Shown here: positions 42,431-60,094 of the stretch, piece after piece
How positions within the stretch are numbered: the stretch's first letter is position 1
How the letters are laid out: each line of letters starts with the position of its first letter
From: the human T2T-CHM13v2.0 reference genome, Homo sapiens
Assembly (NCBI RefSeq): GCF_009914755.1
Contig: NC_060947.1
Reading direction: 5' to 3' (one strand)
DNA length: 64,000 nt
Notes under the pieces: model-generated
The model's database searches: none
What the model was told of the DNA's origin: nothing
What the model saw: the letters and a program-made list of their open reading frames with translations, nothing else
Position numbers and translations under genes: made by a program

Positions 42431-43346
42431 GCAGGGCATTAAAATCTCCAACTATTACTGTAGAACCATTTCTTCAATTTTGTCAGTGGTTGCTCCATAG
42501 AGTTTAGATCTCCGTTGTTAAGTTCATATATGTTTTCAATTCTTATATCTTCTTTGTGAATTAATCTTCTTCCCAATATTTAATGCTCTTCTTTTTCTTT
42601 TGGAATAATTTCCTCTTAACGTTTATTTTGTCTGATATTGGCGTTTATACCTCAGCTTTTCTTTTTCAGTTTCTATTTGAATGAAATATCTTTTTCTGTA
42701 CTTTCAACATATTTTGCCTTTGGATCTAAAAGGGATCACATATATTTAATTATGTAATAGATCATTAAAAACATTTTTTCTACCAATCTCCACATTTCAT
42801 TAGCCACCTTTATTTACTCACAGTTAATGTAGTTTCAGATAAGAAAAGTCCCACTTCTACCATTTTGCAACTTATTTTCTATATGTCTACTAGCGTGTTT
42901 GTACCTCAGTTTCTTCATTACTGCCTTCTGTGTTTAGTTGATTTCTTATAGTGACGTATTTTATTTCCTTCTCACTTTCCTTTGTGTATATTCTATAGAA
43001 TTTTTTGTGGTCACCATTGGGATTATAGCTAAATTCCATATGTGATAACAATCTAACTTGAATTGTTAACAACTTTACTTCAATAACATACAAAAACGCA
43101 ACTCCTATAAAGCTCTGCTCCCATTTATGTTATTGACATCACAAATTGCATCTTCACACACTATGTGCCTGATTATATAGCTTGTTAATCTTCTTATGTA
43201 TTTGTTGTTAAAATCATGTAAAAAATAAAAGTGTGGTTACAAACTAAAATTACAATATTGACTTTTAGTTTTGCTCATGTCTTTTTACTGGTGATCTTTA
43301 TTGAAATGGATTCAAATTACCATATTGCATTTTGTTTTAAACTTGA

Positions 43347-43892
<546 letters not shown>

Positions 43893-44088
43893 TAGGATCC
43901 ATATATGTGATGAGTCACTTTTTTTTTTTCTGCTCACAGTATTTTTGCCCTTTGTGTTCAACAGTTTGACTACGATATATCTCAGTCTTGGTGTCTTTGG
44001 GATTATACTGGTTGAATTTCATTGAGCTTCTTGAATTCATACATTTATGTATTTCGTTAAATTTCCAAAATTTGGGTCAATGATTCCT

Positions 44089-44090
44089 GT

Positions 44091-44132
<42 letters not shown>

Positions 44133-44426
44133 TGAGGCAAGGTCTGGCTCTGTTGCCCAGGCTGCAGCACAATGGCATGATCACAGCTCACTGCAATCTC
44201 TGCCTCATGGGTGCAACCCATCCTCCCATCTCAGTCTCCAGTGTAGCTGAGACTGCATGCATGCAACACCACGCTTGGCTAGTTTTGTATATATACATAT
44301 TTGGTAGAGATGGAGCTTTGGCCTGTTTCCTAGGTTGGTCTCAAACTCCTGGGCTCAAGCGATCTGCCCAAACTTGGCCTCCCTCCTAAATTGTTGGGAT
44401 TATAGGCATGAGCCACTGCACCTGTC
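44089..44426 (-). mobile_element. AluJ with (TTTA)n tail
   Basis: J diagnostics 'gatcacagctcactgca' and 'ctcctgggctcaagcgatc'. Confidence 0.9.
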
Positions 44427-46139
44427 TGGGGCCATTATTTCTTTTAAAAAATCTCTTTGCATTGTTGTCTCTCTCTTCTTCTTCTGGATTGTCATATTAC
44501 AAATATTGGTCCACGTGATGGTGTCCACCTGTTCCTTAGGCTGTGTTCATTTTTCCTTCTGCTCCTTTGAATATGCTATTTGCACTTTTTTATTTAGGTA
44601 TAATAATTTCTTCTTTTTTCTGCTCAAAATGGCTGTTGAGCTACTTGTATAACTTCTTTTAAATTTTAGTTATTATACTTTTCATTTCCAGAAATTTTGT
44701 CAGATTTTTTATGGTTTTTATTTCATCATTGATAAGCTCATTTTATTCTCATATAATTTTTATGATATTTTTAGTTCTTTATGTTATCATTTAACATTTT
44801 AGGAATATTTAAGATAGTTGTTTTCAAGGAACTTTCTATTTAGTCTGATGTCTAATCTTTATAAGAGACAATTGTTCATTGTTGTTACTTCAGCGTTCCG
44901 TGTTTTCCTGTTTCTTTGCATAAATTGATATTTTCATGTGAATGATTTGGCATTTGACTATTATAATGTTGTAAGTATAAAAACTGTTTTCCTCTCCTTC
45001 TCTAGAGATTGCTGGCTTTTTTTTTTTCAACTTGTTGAAGGCCATAGTCTATTTTGAGACTTTTTCAAACTATTTTTGCAAAGACTATTCCTTGTCATTT
45101 GCTATCACTATAGTCCCTTTTTCTTCAACTGGTGTGAAGCTAACATTTTGATAAATATTTTCTTAAGTACCAGAAACTAAAAGAAACAGTAAAAATTCCA
45201 TAAAAGAGAGAATCAGAAAAACTCCCAATTTTCCTAGTTCTTGTTGATTGGCTCTGTGCTAGGGCACTTCAGCACTTAGCTAGACTTTTTCTAAGACTAG
45301 AGATCAGTTCAAGGTGAAAGTTTATGGTCTTCTTAAAACTTTTCTGAGCATGTATCTTTTTTGGGAATGTTTGTGTTTTTCTAAATACCCCTGTATACAT
45401 GTCTGCTTTTGAATATCCTAATTTCCTAAAGAGTGACGCCCCAGATTCTTCTCCATGTCTTAGGTGGTCTATTGTATGTCTCCATAAACTCTTGCCCCAA
45501 GCCTCTGTGAGTCCGCAGTCTACTTGAAGCCTTCGAAAGCATTGCCCTTTGCTTTGGCCATCAGAGATGCACAATAGAAAAATTGAGAAGTCCACCTTTC
45601 TTCTGTTGTTTAAGTAGCCTACGTGCAAGTTAGAAAAAAATATACATACCAATTTGCAAATAAGGTCATCAACTCCCTTTAGTTCAAGGGAGGTAACCGG
45701 GAACTGAGCTGCTATCACTTCATAACCAAGACAGCCACCAAACTAAGGAGGAAGTTAGGCAAGGGAGAGTAAAAGTACCACAGATTCTTCTTTTTTGATG
45801 ATAGCTCTCTTTTAACTGGGTATTTGTTTGGTTACTGTAAAACTTTGCTTTTCAGAGCTCTGATAAAGCAGTGAAATCAATTGCTACTTGCTGTTGTTGC
45901 TGTTTAAAAATGTTTATATAAGAGAACAAAAGCTTGGAGCTTTCTAGTATATCATTTTGCTAGCATTACTCCTAGTGGCACATGAAACAAAATATATGGT
46001 TATTACCAGCATTCAAAAATATTGACAGAAAGAAAAATATAAGATTAATATAACATTATTAAATAAAATACTTCTGTACTTGAACACAGAAAATATGTCC
46101 ATGGATAGAATAAGGAAGTCTTTCCAACAGCTTGTGTAA

Positions 46140-46700
46140 TAATGAGTCAGAACTTTTAGTTAACAATGAGATCTGTGTGAGAAAAAAATATGATGTGAAA
46201 GCCAAAAAAAATTGTATGATATTATTAGTTTCATTAACAGAAGTATGGTACTTAACATTAAGGAGGCAATATTACTAATCAGATCTCCAATGATACCCAG
46301 AGTCTTGGTTTTCTAACAGGGCATCACATTTTATTTTAATAATTAGAAAAATTAAAATGCATTGAGGAAAGTGTACTGAGAGTGGTAATACAATTAAGCT
46401 ATATGAAAAATGTTTTAAATAATTTTGCATGTTTACCCTGAAAGAGAAAAATTCACTGTGAGACATGAGATCCCTCTCCAAATATGTGAAAGGTGATCTT
46501 ATATAAAAGGTATTAGAAATTTTGGATTTGCACCCAAGGGATAATCTCAATTTAAAATGGTCTGAGAGGGTTAACTCGGACCAACGGTGAGTTTTAAAAA
46601 GGGACAGATTTTACCATAAGTTAAAACAGATATTTTAACACTCATAATTGTCTAATTGAGCATTTCAAACATCATTTGAGAAGTTTTCCATAGGATTGTA
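46140..46700 (+). mobile_element. L3/CR1 ancient LINE fragment
   Basis: 'cattaacagaagtatggta...aaggaggcaata', 'ggcatcacatttt', 'ctccaaatatgtgaaagg' resemble the L3 3' region. Highly diverged. Confidence 0.55.
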
Positions 46701-46974
46701 TGATTGTATGTATTAAAAAATTAATCACACACATTGAATATAAGATCTATATAAAATGTCTTAGATGTTGAAGATAAGAGTGAAAAGCCAAATGCTGTTC
46801 CATGTTAAAGTTAGAGTGTAAAACAAGGACAGTAGCTACCAAGTAATTAATAAAATGTCATCTATCCAACAGAGATAAACTACAGTACAACCTACTGGCT
46901 TGAGGAGATTTTCTATTATTTATACCTTCAGTCTTTATTAATGAGTCACTTCGGCAACAAACACCGATCATGAT

Positions 46975-47230
46975 AAGTTTCCATTTACTGAGTTGTTTTT
47001 ATACAGGAACTGTATTAAGTGGTTTTGGATAAATTATCATGTCCTCTAATCCTCTTAACAACCCTATGAAATAGATACTAGTATTAAGCCTCATTTGACA
47101 AATGAGAAAATTATTGCTTAGCTAGGTTAACTAAGTCGTTCAGGGTCACACAGCTAGTAAATGACAGAGCAAAAATTTTAACTCATGTCTATTTATATAA
47201 AGATAAGTTAATAAACACTGTATTTTATGT
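46975..47230 (-). mobile_element. MIR
   Basis: 'aacaaccctatgaaatagatacta...catttgacaaatgagaaaa...cagggtcacacagctagtaaatg' is the antisense MIR core. Confidence 0.8.
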
Positions 47231-47829
47231 CCATTTTTACCACAAGGTGCACTACTGCTTAGAAAAGATTTTCCTTACATGCTTAATAGGTTTCTGGAAT
47301 ACCGAGATTTCCAACAATGTTTACTTTAAACTAACAGTGAAAACATGTTATTAATTTTTCTGTCTATTTTAGTTCTATTTTATCAGACATATGAAAAGGT
47401 AATTCATATCTGTCAGTATTTTTAAAATTATTTCCCTGTTTATTGAAACTTCCATTAAATAAGTGTCTGAAATCTGTAAAAACAACTCAAGTAAAAAAAT
47501 TCCTTTAATTTTTAAGAGCAACAGGTACTTCTTGAATTTGAATAAAGACACATATAGATACGTGGGTTTTACATAAGTGCCTGTTTGTAATTTTATGGTT
47601 GCACATGGTGAGTAAAGTTGTTTGCAGCCACCACTATTGCATTATTAGGAAGCCAAGTACCAGCCACTTTTATAGAATAGGACTGCAATAGGCATTTTGT
47701 CACTAATGAAATATGACTTGGGGGTACTGTGATACATGGAATCAAATATTTCACCATACTTTCTTGCCTTAGCACTCGACATTCCTACCATTAATATTGC
47801 TTTTCTAGCTGAAGCATATTAAAGATCAA

Positions 47830-48010
47830 TTGAAAAGTACACTAGACCAGATACACAGAAATCTGAGTTCCAACCCCATCTCATCCATGAACACATTGTT
47901 TACTTTGGAAAAGACACTTTAGTTTCTAAACCTGTTTTTTCTAAATAGATGGAGAATTTGGACTAGGAAATCCGCCATGTTACTTTAAATTTCAAAATTC
48001 AGATTATGGA
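47830..48010 (+). mobile_element. MIR3/MIRc-like fragment
   Basis: 'gaaaagtacactagacc...atctgagttcc...actttggaaaagacacttt...ttggactag'. Confidence 0.45.
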
Positions 48011-48329
48011 AAATGTAAATTTGTTATTTTATAAAGATCACCAATTAAGCTATCATCACTCACAAATATCTTAGTTTATTAGTTTAGCTCACTATATTAA
48101 TTGGCCAGTCACAAAGCAATTATGTAACTATATTTAATATACAAGTAATATTTTTATTTAATGGCCTATAAATGTTTTTGTACAGATAACCTCACTAATT
48201 CCTGTCAACAACTATGGAAGAACAGACACTATTTTATTTTAAAAATAACATTATCAGGCTTATTTTCCAGGTAAGAAAATTAACTTGCTGAAGGCCATGT
48301 GGAAAATGATTTGCCATGTTTATTTCACA

Positions 48330-48850
48330 GTAATAATAATAACAACAAGGACTAACATCAAATTGGGAACTTTTTAAATGCTGAGCACCATGTTGAGTAG
48401 ATTATAAGGAATGACTTCATTTAATCTTTATAACCACATCACAAGATAAGTATTATCATTACTCACTTTCCACAGATGAAAACTAAGGCCCAAGAATGTT
48501 AAGTTCCCTGGCCAATGTCATGACAGCTCGCAAAAGGTAGACCTGTGTTGGTAAACTCATGTCTTCTGTGTCTAAACTCCTTGTGCTTGCAATTATAATA
48601 ACAATGATATTTTATATTTATTGACACATTTCTTATGTGTTAAGTTGTAAACTAAGTGTTTACTGGATTAGCCTATATAATTTTCACAATTATCTAGTAA
48701 GTTAAGAAACTATTGTTATTCTTATTTTATAAATGATCATACTAATTTTCAAAGAAATAACGTGTTCATCATTAACCACTTAGTAAGTGATGAAGATGAG
48801 GTCTGAAAAGGAGATGTCTGACTCTAGAGCCTGAGAATGTATTGCTGTGT
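48330..48850 (-). mobile_element. Two adjacent MIRs (about 48330-48590 and 48600-48850)
   Basis: Two antisense cores: 'cactttccacagatgaaaactaaggcc' and 'cttattttataaatgatcatactaa...tctgactctagagcc'. Confidence 0.65.
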
Positions 48851-49339
48851 AGTATCACATAATATATGAGCAATATTTCAACTCACTCTTGAAAATGTAC
48901 ATTTTTTAACAAAGCCGTCTTGTATTGACCAAGAGTTCTTCTCTCTCTGCTATATCTAGAAATGATTTATTTGTTATTACTAACCTTTTCTCTAACTCCC
49001 TGTAATAAAAATGCCCTTAATGATATTTAAAAATTCTATACTGAAATAGATTATGGTATAGCTATATGCTACATTAACATTTTCATTTATCTATTGGTAT
49101 AACCTAGATAGTCTTGTCTACATTAGATTGTAAGGCCCATGACAACAGCTTTTGTAGAGTGATAGAATAAATATAGGTCAAAGATATTGTCTTTATTTCT
49201 GATTTTCATGCTTTAAAAAGGATACTGTAGAATTAATAGAAACAAAAAAGAGAGTGAAACAGATGATTTGGTACCTTGAGAGGTAAAAAGTAAGACTAAG
49301 AAAGGAGGGGATAAAGGTATATATTTATACCTTTCAGGT

Positions 49340-49780
49340 TCTCTACAATGTGCAAAATGTTGTTTTAGAAACTAGAGATACAGCTCTGAACAAAACATAT
49401 TTTTTGTTCTCACAGAACATTTTTCTTACTATAGTGCTTATATTCCAGTAATCAGTTGAAAATATTCATAATGAAATAAAACCCTTTAATTCTAATTTTT
49501 CTGATGCCTTGCAAGTTAAAAATTTCAACTCTCAAACCCCAAGAGGAAAATATTTTTGGAAGCACAGCACATATAAAATGTGTGCCAATCCAGTTATTTT
49601 ATTTATTACTATATTCCTCCATAATTCTCCATTCATTTATTATTGACCCATTTTTTTCTATAAATATGTAATTATCATCTACTGTGTGCCCATCATTGGA
49701 ATAATTACTAATATATGATACTGAACAAAGAAAATGTTGACCCTTGTTTAATGGCAAAGCCAGATAATAAACAAGTAAAT
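49340..49780 (-). mobile_element. L2 3'-end fragments (about 49340-49450 and 49640-49780)
   Basis: 'actagagatacagctctgaacaaaaca' and 'catctactgtgtgccc...gatactgaacaaagaaaa' resemble antisense L2 tails. Confidence 0.45.
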
Positions 49781-49786
49781 TAATAT

Positions 49787-50084
<298 letters not shown>

Positions 50085-50204
50085 AATAAACACATTTTTT
50101 AAACTTTTATGTGAGATTAAGAGAGCAAAGAAGGTTCAGTGATAGTAACAGGAATTTTATATTAGATAAATAGGGATGATATATCAATCAGATTCAGTGC
50201 CATG

Positions 50205-50305
50205 AAAAATAATCTATACATCAAACACCCATGGCATAACATTTACCAATATAACAAACTTTCACTTGTTCCCCCGAACCTAAAATAAAAGTTAAAAAAA
50301 GAAAA
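50205..50305 (+). mobile_element. Short L1P 3' tail
   Basis: 'tttaccaatataacaaac...ccccgaacctaaaataaaagttaaaaaaa'. Confidence 0.7.
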
Positions 50306-50449
50306 ATAAACTATTTTAGGTATTTAAGAAGAAATTAATTTAATACAGGAAAGAAGGCACATTGTTGAAAGGCCCTTGAGAGGAGAAATCTAGGTGCCAC
50401 TGAGTTATTGAGTTACGAAAACATCATTAGAAAGCACTTCTGAAGTTGT

Positions 50450-51635
50450 GGAGTAAGAAATTTTGATAATTGCCTCTTCTGTAAATGAAACAGGGAGGGT
50501 GACCCAAAGAATGTAAAAATCAACTTTTTGGAAGGCTGGAATTAACCAAAAGATTAAAACAATCTGAGAAGCATTTATTCAAGAAAAACTTGAAGCTCAG
50601 TAAGAAGAACCATAAAGTTTGTAGCATTTTTACTTGCCACAATTTTATCCTTTTTTCCTCAACTCCACTGCAGCATTAAAAATTCAAGAGCCTTTCAACT
50701 ATGGTAGTTATGCCTAGCAGCGGCTAGAGGAGAAAGAATGTGTTTAAAACTCCCCAAAAGTCATATTCCTCATGGACTCATCATTATTTGAGTTTGGATG
50801 CTCCCTTAAAGCTCCATTCTCAGGGTTTGTTTTATTTCACCTAAGGCAGATTTTATTCTATGCAAATAATTCTATTCCCAGAGGGTTAGTGTTAGTCTAA
50901 ACAATCACTGGTAATTGTTTAAAATTGAAGCTCCCTGGAATGGAAACTCTAGTCCAAATTCACTGGAGCTGATGAGAAAATCTACAGGAAAAAAAAGAAA
51001 ATGAGCTTAGATGTCTACAAGGGGTGTTGAAAAAGTTGTAACATATTTATGGGCACCTAGAAAAGCATAAAACATACAAAGAGCGTTGCACATATCTAGG
51101 AAAAATACTAGAATGTCATAAGCTTGCACTTGTGGCTGACCATGATTCTTTCCACAAACAATAAGTGTAGACTAAGATAGAGATATAAAATTTCTGTATA
51201 ATTGTAGAATGTATGCCCCAGTACAAACAAAACTGGGGAGACTTATTATGTCAAGATATTTAAGAAAATATTTATCCCACCTATTTCTATTTACTAAGTA
51301 ACCCAGCAGTGACTTTAGTGGACAATATGGTAAAGAATATACATTTCAGAATTAGGCCAGAGTACTTATTAAATAAGCAAAAACAACCATTGAATAACAA
51401 GAACAGAAAACAAAGGTTAGGGAAGGAGTTAACTTTCAGAGCTAAAAAACTATAATATTTAAAAAATTTGCTTCGAAAAAAATCATGTTAATAAATAGTA
51501 AAGTGTGAACACATACTCAGGAAAAAAAAGCAATGAATAGCAATTGTTTCTCCAGAAACCCACAATTACATTTATTAGAAAAAGACATTAAATTGCCTAT
51601 TATTAATATCAAATATAAATTATAAATATGTTTAA
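50450..51635 (+). mobile_element. Old L1 5' region / ORF1 start (L1MD-like)
   Basis: 'ctggaattaaccaaaag...gcatttattcaagaaaaact' and the ORF1-start-like 'ttagaaaaagacattaaattgcctattattaatat'. Confidence 0.5.
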
Positions 51636-51639
51636 AACA

Positions 51640-52235
51640 GGTCTAAAGCAAATAGAACAAAACAGAGAACTCAGAAATAAACTTGCACACCTGCAACCAT
51701 CTGATCTTTGACAAAGTTTTAAAAAACAAGCAATGGGGAAAGGACACTGCATTCAGTAAGTGGTATTGGGATAATTAGATAGCCTTATGCAGAAGATTTA
51801 ATCTGAATCCCTTCCTTTTGCCATATACAAAAATCAACTCAAGATGAATTGAAAACTTGAATGTAAGACCTGAAACTATAAATCCTAGAAGTAAACCAAG
51901 AAAATTCTATTTTGGACATTAGCCTTGGATAAGAATTTAGGACAAAGACCCAAAACTCAATTACAAGAAAAACAAAAAATGGACAAGTGGGACTTAATTA
52001 AACTGAAGAGTTTATGTACAGCAAAAGAAACTATAAACAGGGTAAACAATCTACAGATTGAGAGAAAATCTTCACAAACTATGCATTTGACAAAGGTCTA
52101 ATGTCAAGGATCTACAAGGAACATAAATTAACAAGCAAATAACAAACAACCTTATTAAAAAGTGCAAATAAATCATTAACAGGCAATTATGAAAAAAGAA
52201 ATAATACATATGGACAATAAATATAAATTAAAAAT
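51640..52235 (+). mobile_element. L1PA16/L1PB-like ORF2 3' part (host of the L1PA7, continues 55105-55880)
   Basis: 'caaccatctgatctttgacaaag...aaaaatcaactcaagatg'. The text continues after the L1PA7 tail. Confidence 0.8.
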
Positions 52236-55104
<2,869 letters not shown>

Positions 55105-55105
<1 letters not shown>

Positions 55106-55880
55106 ATCTCAATATCACTAGTCATCAGAGAAATGCAAATCAAAGCCACAATGAGATCCCATCTCATACCAGTCAGAATGACTATTATTAAATATTAAAA
55201 TATCAAAAAATAACAAATGTTGGCAAGGTTGTGGAGAAAAGGGAATGGTTATACACTTTTGGGAAGAATGCAAATTCTTTAAGCCATCACGGAAATCAGT
55301 TTGGAGATTTCTCAAAAAACTAATAGGTGAACAATCGTTTGATCTAGCAATCCTATTACCAAGTATACTCAAAATAAAATTAATTGTTCTACCCCAAAAA
55401 ACCATTAACTCACATGTTCATTGCATCACTATTCATAATAGCAAAGAAATAGAATCAATCCGGATGCCTATTAACAGTGAAATGGATAAAGAAAAATGTG
55501 ATAATATACACCAGGGAATACTATACAGCCATAAAACATAATGAAATCACAATCTTTGTAGCAACATTGATGTCACTGAAGGCCATCTTGTTAGGTGAAT
55601 TAAAATAGAAACAGAAAAACAAGTACTACATATTCTTACTTATGAGTGAGAGCTAAACATTGCATACACAAGGACATAAATATTTTTTAAAAAGACACTT
55701 AGAAATACTATGGGGAGTGGGTGAAAGGCATGAACACTAAAATACTAAATATTGAGTATTATGCTCACTACCTGGATAACAGAACTATTCATACACCGAA
55801 CCCCATTGGCACACAATTTACACATGCAACAAACCTGCACACCTACCTCCTGAATCTAAAATAAAAGTCAAAAGAAAAAA
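55105..55880 (+). mobile_element. Host L1 3' end (L1PA16/PB-like)
   Basis: 'catcagagaaatgcaaatcaaagccacaatgag'...'ctgaatctaaaataaaagt'. Confidence 0.8.
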
Positions 55881-55899
55881 TAATACACATTTTTAAAAA

Positions 55900-56340
55900 G
55901 ACCAAGAAAGCTGGAAACCTTGCATGGGGCTGCTGAGCACCAGAATTTATTCCAGGCCTGAAGTGGCTTGTGGGGAATGGGTGATTTGAACAGGAAAAAA
56001 AGTGACCTGCTCTCACCATAGACCTATTGAATCCTAGCTGCAGGGCACTTTATGAGTCCTATGGACACTTGAGCTGGCAGGGACAAGTGTTTGGAGAGGT
56101 GGCAGGGGTAGGACTCCAACCTTTGTGGAGCTGAGAGGGTTTGGCATGGGAGTGGCTGCAATGGAGCATCACCAGGAATAGCCGTCCACCAAGGCTTTCC
56201 ATTCCCCCTTAGATGGCTTTGGACTTTGGGGACTGTCAGACTTTGACAGAGCAGAATGTCATATATGGTTATGGCATATAACCATATAGAAAAGAAATTC
56301 CAGCCAAGAATTTCACAGTCAAACTAAGCTTCATAAACAT
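55900..56340 (+). mobile_element. L1PA15/16-type 5'UTR fragment joined to an ORF1 fragment
   Basis: GC-richer L1 5'UTR-like text, then 'aagaaattccagccaagaatttca...aaactaagcttcataa'. Confidence 0.55.
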
Positions 56341-56349
56341 ATTAATAAG

Positions 56350-59300
56350 ATTAATACCTTTTTGTTGTTAGAAACCATGGAGATAAGAAGGTAATTAGAT
56401 GGCATTATGAAAGTTCTGAAAAAAAATATGGTTCAACCAATAATTCTGTATATGGCAAAACTATTCCACAAAATTGAAAGAATAGTACCACTATACAACT
56501 TTTAGAAAGGCCAAAATCCAAAGCAAATAACAGCAAATTCTGGTGAAATTTTGGAACAACAAGAATTTTTTTTTTTTAAAGTTCCAGGATACATGTGCAG
56601 AACGTGCAGATTTGTTACATAGGTATACATGTGCCATGGTGGTTTGCTGCACCTATCAACTAGTCACCTAGGTTTTAAGCCCCACATGCATTAGCTATTT
56701 GTCCTGATGATCTCCCTCCCTTTGCTGTGCGCCCCCACCCCCGACATGCCCCGGTGTGTGTGGAACAACAAGAACATTCATTCATTGCTTGTGAGAATGC
56801 AGAATGGTATAGCCACTTTGAAATACAGTTTGGCAGTTTCTTACAAGCTGACTTATACTCTTACCACATGATCCAGTAATTGCATTCCTTAGTATTTACC
56901 CAAAGGAAACCTAAGCTGATGACCACACAAAAACCTGCACACAGATGTTTATAGAAGCTTAATTTATAATTGCCAAAAACTTGAAAATAACCAAGATGGT
57001 TTATTTTTAAAATTAAAGAAGCAATTAAGACATTCCCAGACAAACCAACACTGAGAGAATCTGTCACTATTAGATTGGCTCCACAAGTAAATAAATAAAT
57101 AAATAAGCGTAACTACCAAGAGAAATATAAAAGAGTAATTGCATTTTTTTAATGATTTTATTCTACTATACTATTTAAAAGGCATCCATGAAAAGCAATA
57201 GTTTGAAATGGTTTTGATGCTCTTCTAAAGTATAAAGATGCAGTTTGTATGACAATAATAACACAAAAAAGGTCTTTCTTATAAGGCTATTGAAGAGAAA
57301 GATTTATATACCGTTAAAGTTTAGTTGATGTTAATTCAAAGCAAAATATTTAAGGAGTTAATTGTAATCCTCAGGCAACAATTAAGTGATGACTTTTAAA
57401 AAGGGCATTATAATTGCACCCTAGAACATGTATATTTAATAAAAGCAAAGCCAGTAATGAAGAAATAGAGAAACCAAAGATATAAATCAGATTAAATATA
57501 GCAAAAATGGCAGGTGTAAATGATACCTTATTAATAGTTACATTAAATATAAATTGACCAAACATTCCAATTAAATGATAAAGTTAGGTAGAGTGGATCT
57601 GTATTTTTTTAAAAAAGGAAACATGATCTATCTATATGCTGTGTACAGGATACAATTTGGATTTAAAGACGCAAATTGGTTAAATGGTTAAAGATGCAAA
57701 AAAGATATACTGTGCAAAGAAGTACCAAAAGAGAGGCTAAGCAGCTACACTGATGTCATACAAAATGAAACTTAAGACAAAAAAAGTTACTACAGAAAAG
57801 GAATATTTTATCATGATAAATCTGTCAGAGGACGTAACAATTTTAAATGTATATGTACTTACCAACAAAGCCACAAAGATATGAATCAAAGACTTTCAGA
57901 ACTGATGGGAGAAAGACACAGTTAACTGATAATAGATTAAGACTTCAATATTTCCTATTCAATAATGCATAGAACAAGTAGGCTCTACAATAAAAAAAGA
58001 AGGTTTGAACAACACTATATCCAATTAAATATAATACATATAAACAGAACATACCACAGATCAAGAGCAAAATACATATTATTTTCAAATGTCCGTGCAA
58101 GATTGTTCAGAATAGATAGTATTCTAAACCATAAAACAAGCACTGATGATACCTTTAAAACATTCAGATAATGGTACATATATTCTCTGAAGACAATGAA
58201 ATTAAATTAAAAAATCAATGACATAAGAAAGTTTGGTTTTAGGGTATATATGGCAAACAGACAGAAATAAAAGACACAGAGGACTTCAAAAGGGGGACTG
58301 GTGGGTAGGAAATAAGGGTTTAAAAATTACCTATTTGGTACAGTCTTCACTATTCAGGTGATGGGTACACAAGAAGCCCATACAAGATATCCATGTAACA
58401 AACCTGCATATGTACCTCGTGAATCTATAAAATTTTTTTTAAAAGTTTAAGAAATTGACAAAATATTGTAATGGAACAATTCATCTCTAAATTACCCATG
58501 AGTAAGAGAGGAAATTATGAGAGAAATTAAAAATACTTTAAAGTGATTTGAAACAAAAAGAAACACAGAAAAATTATAAAATACAGCAAAAACACAACTT
58601 AGAGAGACATTTATACCTGTAAATATCCATACTTAAATGAGAAAAGTTTAAAATCAGTAACATAAACGTCAACTTTAAGACACAGGAAAAGTAAGATAAA
58701 ACGAAATCCAAAGCAATGTGAAGACAGAAAATGAAGATTAAAGGAGAAATAAATAGAATAGAGAACAGTAAAAAAATATATACAAAAATCAATAAAATCA
58801 AAAGTTGGTTCTGCATCAAAATGGAGATTCTTTAGTTAAACAAGAAATAAAAAAGTTTCAAATTATCAAATCACAGATGAAATAGCAACATTACTACCAA
58901 CTTTACCAAAATAAAAGAGATTATAAGGTTATACTGTGAACAATTCTATACCAAAAAATTAGATATTCTATAGAAAATGGAAACATTTCTAGAAAGACAT
59001 AACTAATAAAATTAACTCCAAAATAGGAAATACAAATAGAGCCCTATAGGAAATGAGTTAGTAATAAAAAAATTATTACAAAAATTATAAACCAATATGG
59101 CTCCACTGGCAAATTCCATCAAACATTTGAAAAAGAATCAAGAGAAATACTTCATAAAGAAGAGGAGAAATAATCATTTTCTAAGTCACCACAAATGGAA
59201 GAATACAAACCAATAACCTTTGTGAATATAGATGTAAAACAATTCAATAAAATACAGCAAACCAAATTCAACAATGTACAAAAAATACATTAGTAAGTGG

Positions 59301-60090
59301 GATTTATTCTAGAAATGTAAGGTTTGTTTAACATATAAAAATCGATCAATAGAACATGCTATATTAATAAAAGATAAAAATAAGAAATCATCACAATAAA
59401 TGCATAAAATCAGTAGTAAATTCCAACACTGTTCATTTTTAAAATACTCATTAAACTGCCTATAAAATAGAATTTTCTCCTCTAGATCCAAGTCATCAAT
59501 GAAACACCTGTAGCTAAAATCATAATGATAGCGTTGAAAATAATTTATGCATAAAATCAGGAACAATGTCTAATCTCACCACATTTATTCAACATGGCAC
59601 TGGAAGTTCTAGCTAAGGAATTAGAAAAAAATGAAAGAAAATACATCCAGATAGAAGGAAAAATAAAATTATCATTTTTTCCAGATGACAGGAACTTGTA
59701 TATATAGAAAAAACTATGGTAAATCTTAAAAACTATTGGAACTAATTAATGAGTTCAGTGAGGTGGCAGGATATAAGATCAATGTATAAGAGTAATTTGT
59801 AGTTCTATACTTAGAATAGAATTCAAAATGAATTTAATAAAATCATTTAGCTTGAAATAGCGACAACTGCATTTCAATTTGAAAATGAAATTACTATAAC
59901 CATTTCACCTGAAAAAGAATCAAAAGAAATAAAATACATAAGAATATGTTTAGCAAAAGAAATAAAAAACGTACACTGAAACTTCAAAATATTGTTGAAA
60001 AAATTAAAGAAGTTTTAAATCAATCGAACTATATCTGGTGTTAATGGATAGAAAAACTTAGTATGTTCAAGATGCTGACACTCCCCAACT
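56350..60090 (+). mobile_element. Old L1 (L1M) ORF1-ORF2 with nested fragments, resuming at 63465-63820
   Basis: EN-like 'LFRIDSILNHKTS' and RT-like 'ttttccagatgacagg'. Includes an L1MC-like piece (about 56485-56995) and an L1PB/MA 3' tail (about 58240-58445). Confidence 0.75.
56566..56760 (-). mobile_element. 195-bp L1PA8-like 3' end with perfect 14-bp TSD
   Basis: TSD tggaacaacaagaa at 56552-56565 and 56761-56774, with poly(T) and 3'UTR between them. Confidence 0.95.
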
Positions 60091-60094
60091 TAGG

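Noticed and set aside
45269-45718. 149-aa minus-strand ORF
   Set aside because: Lies in an old L1 5' region, non-ATG start, no recognisable motif.
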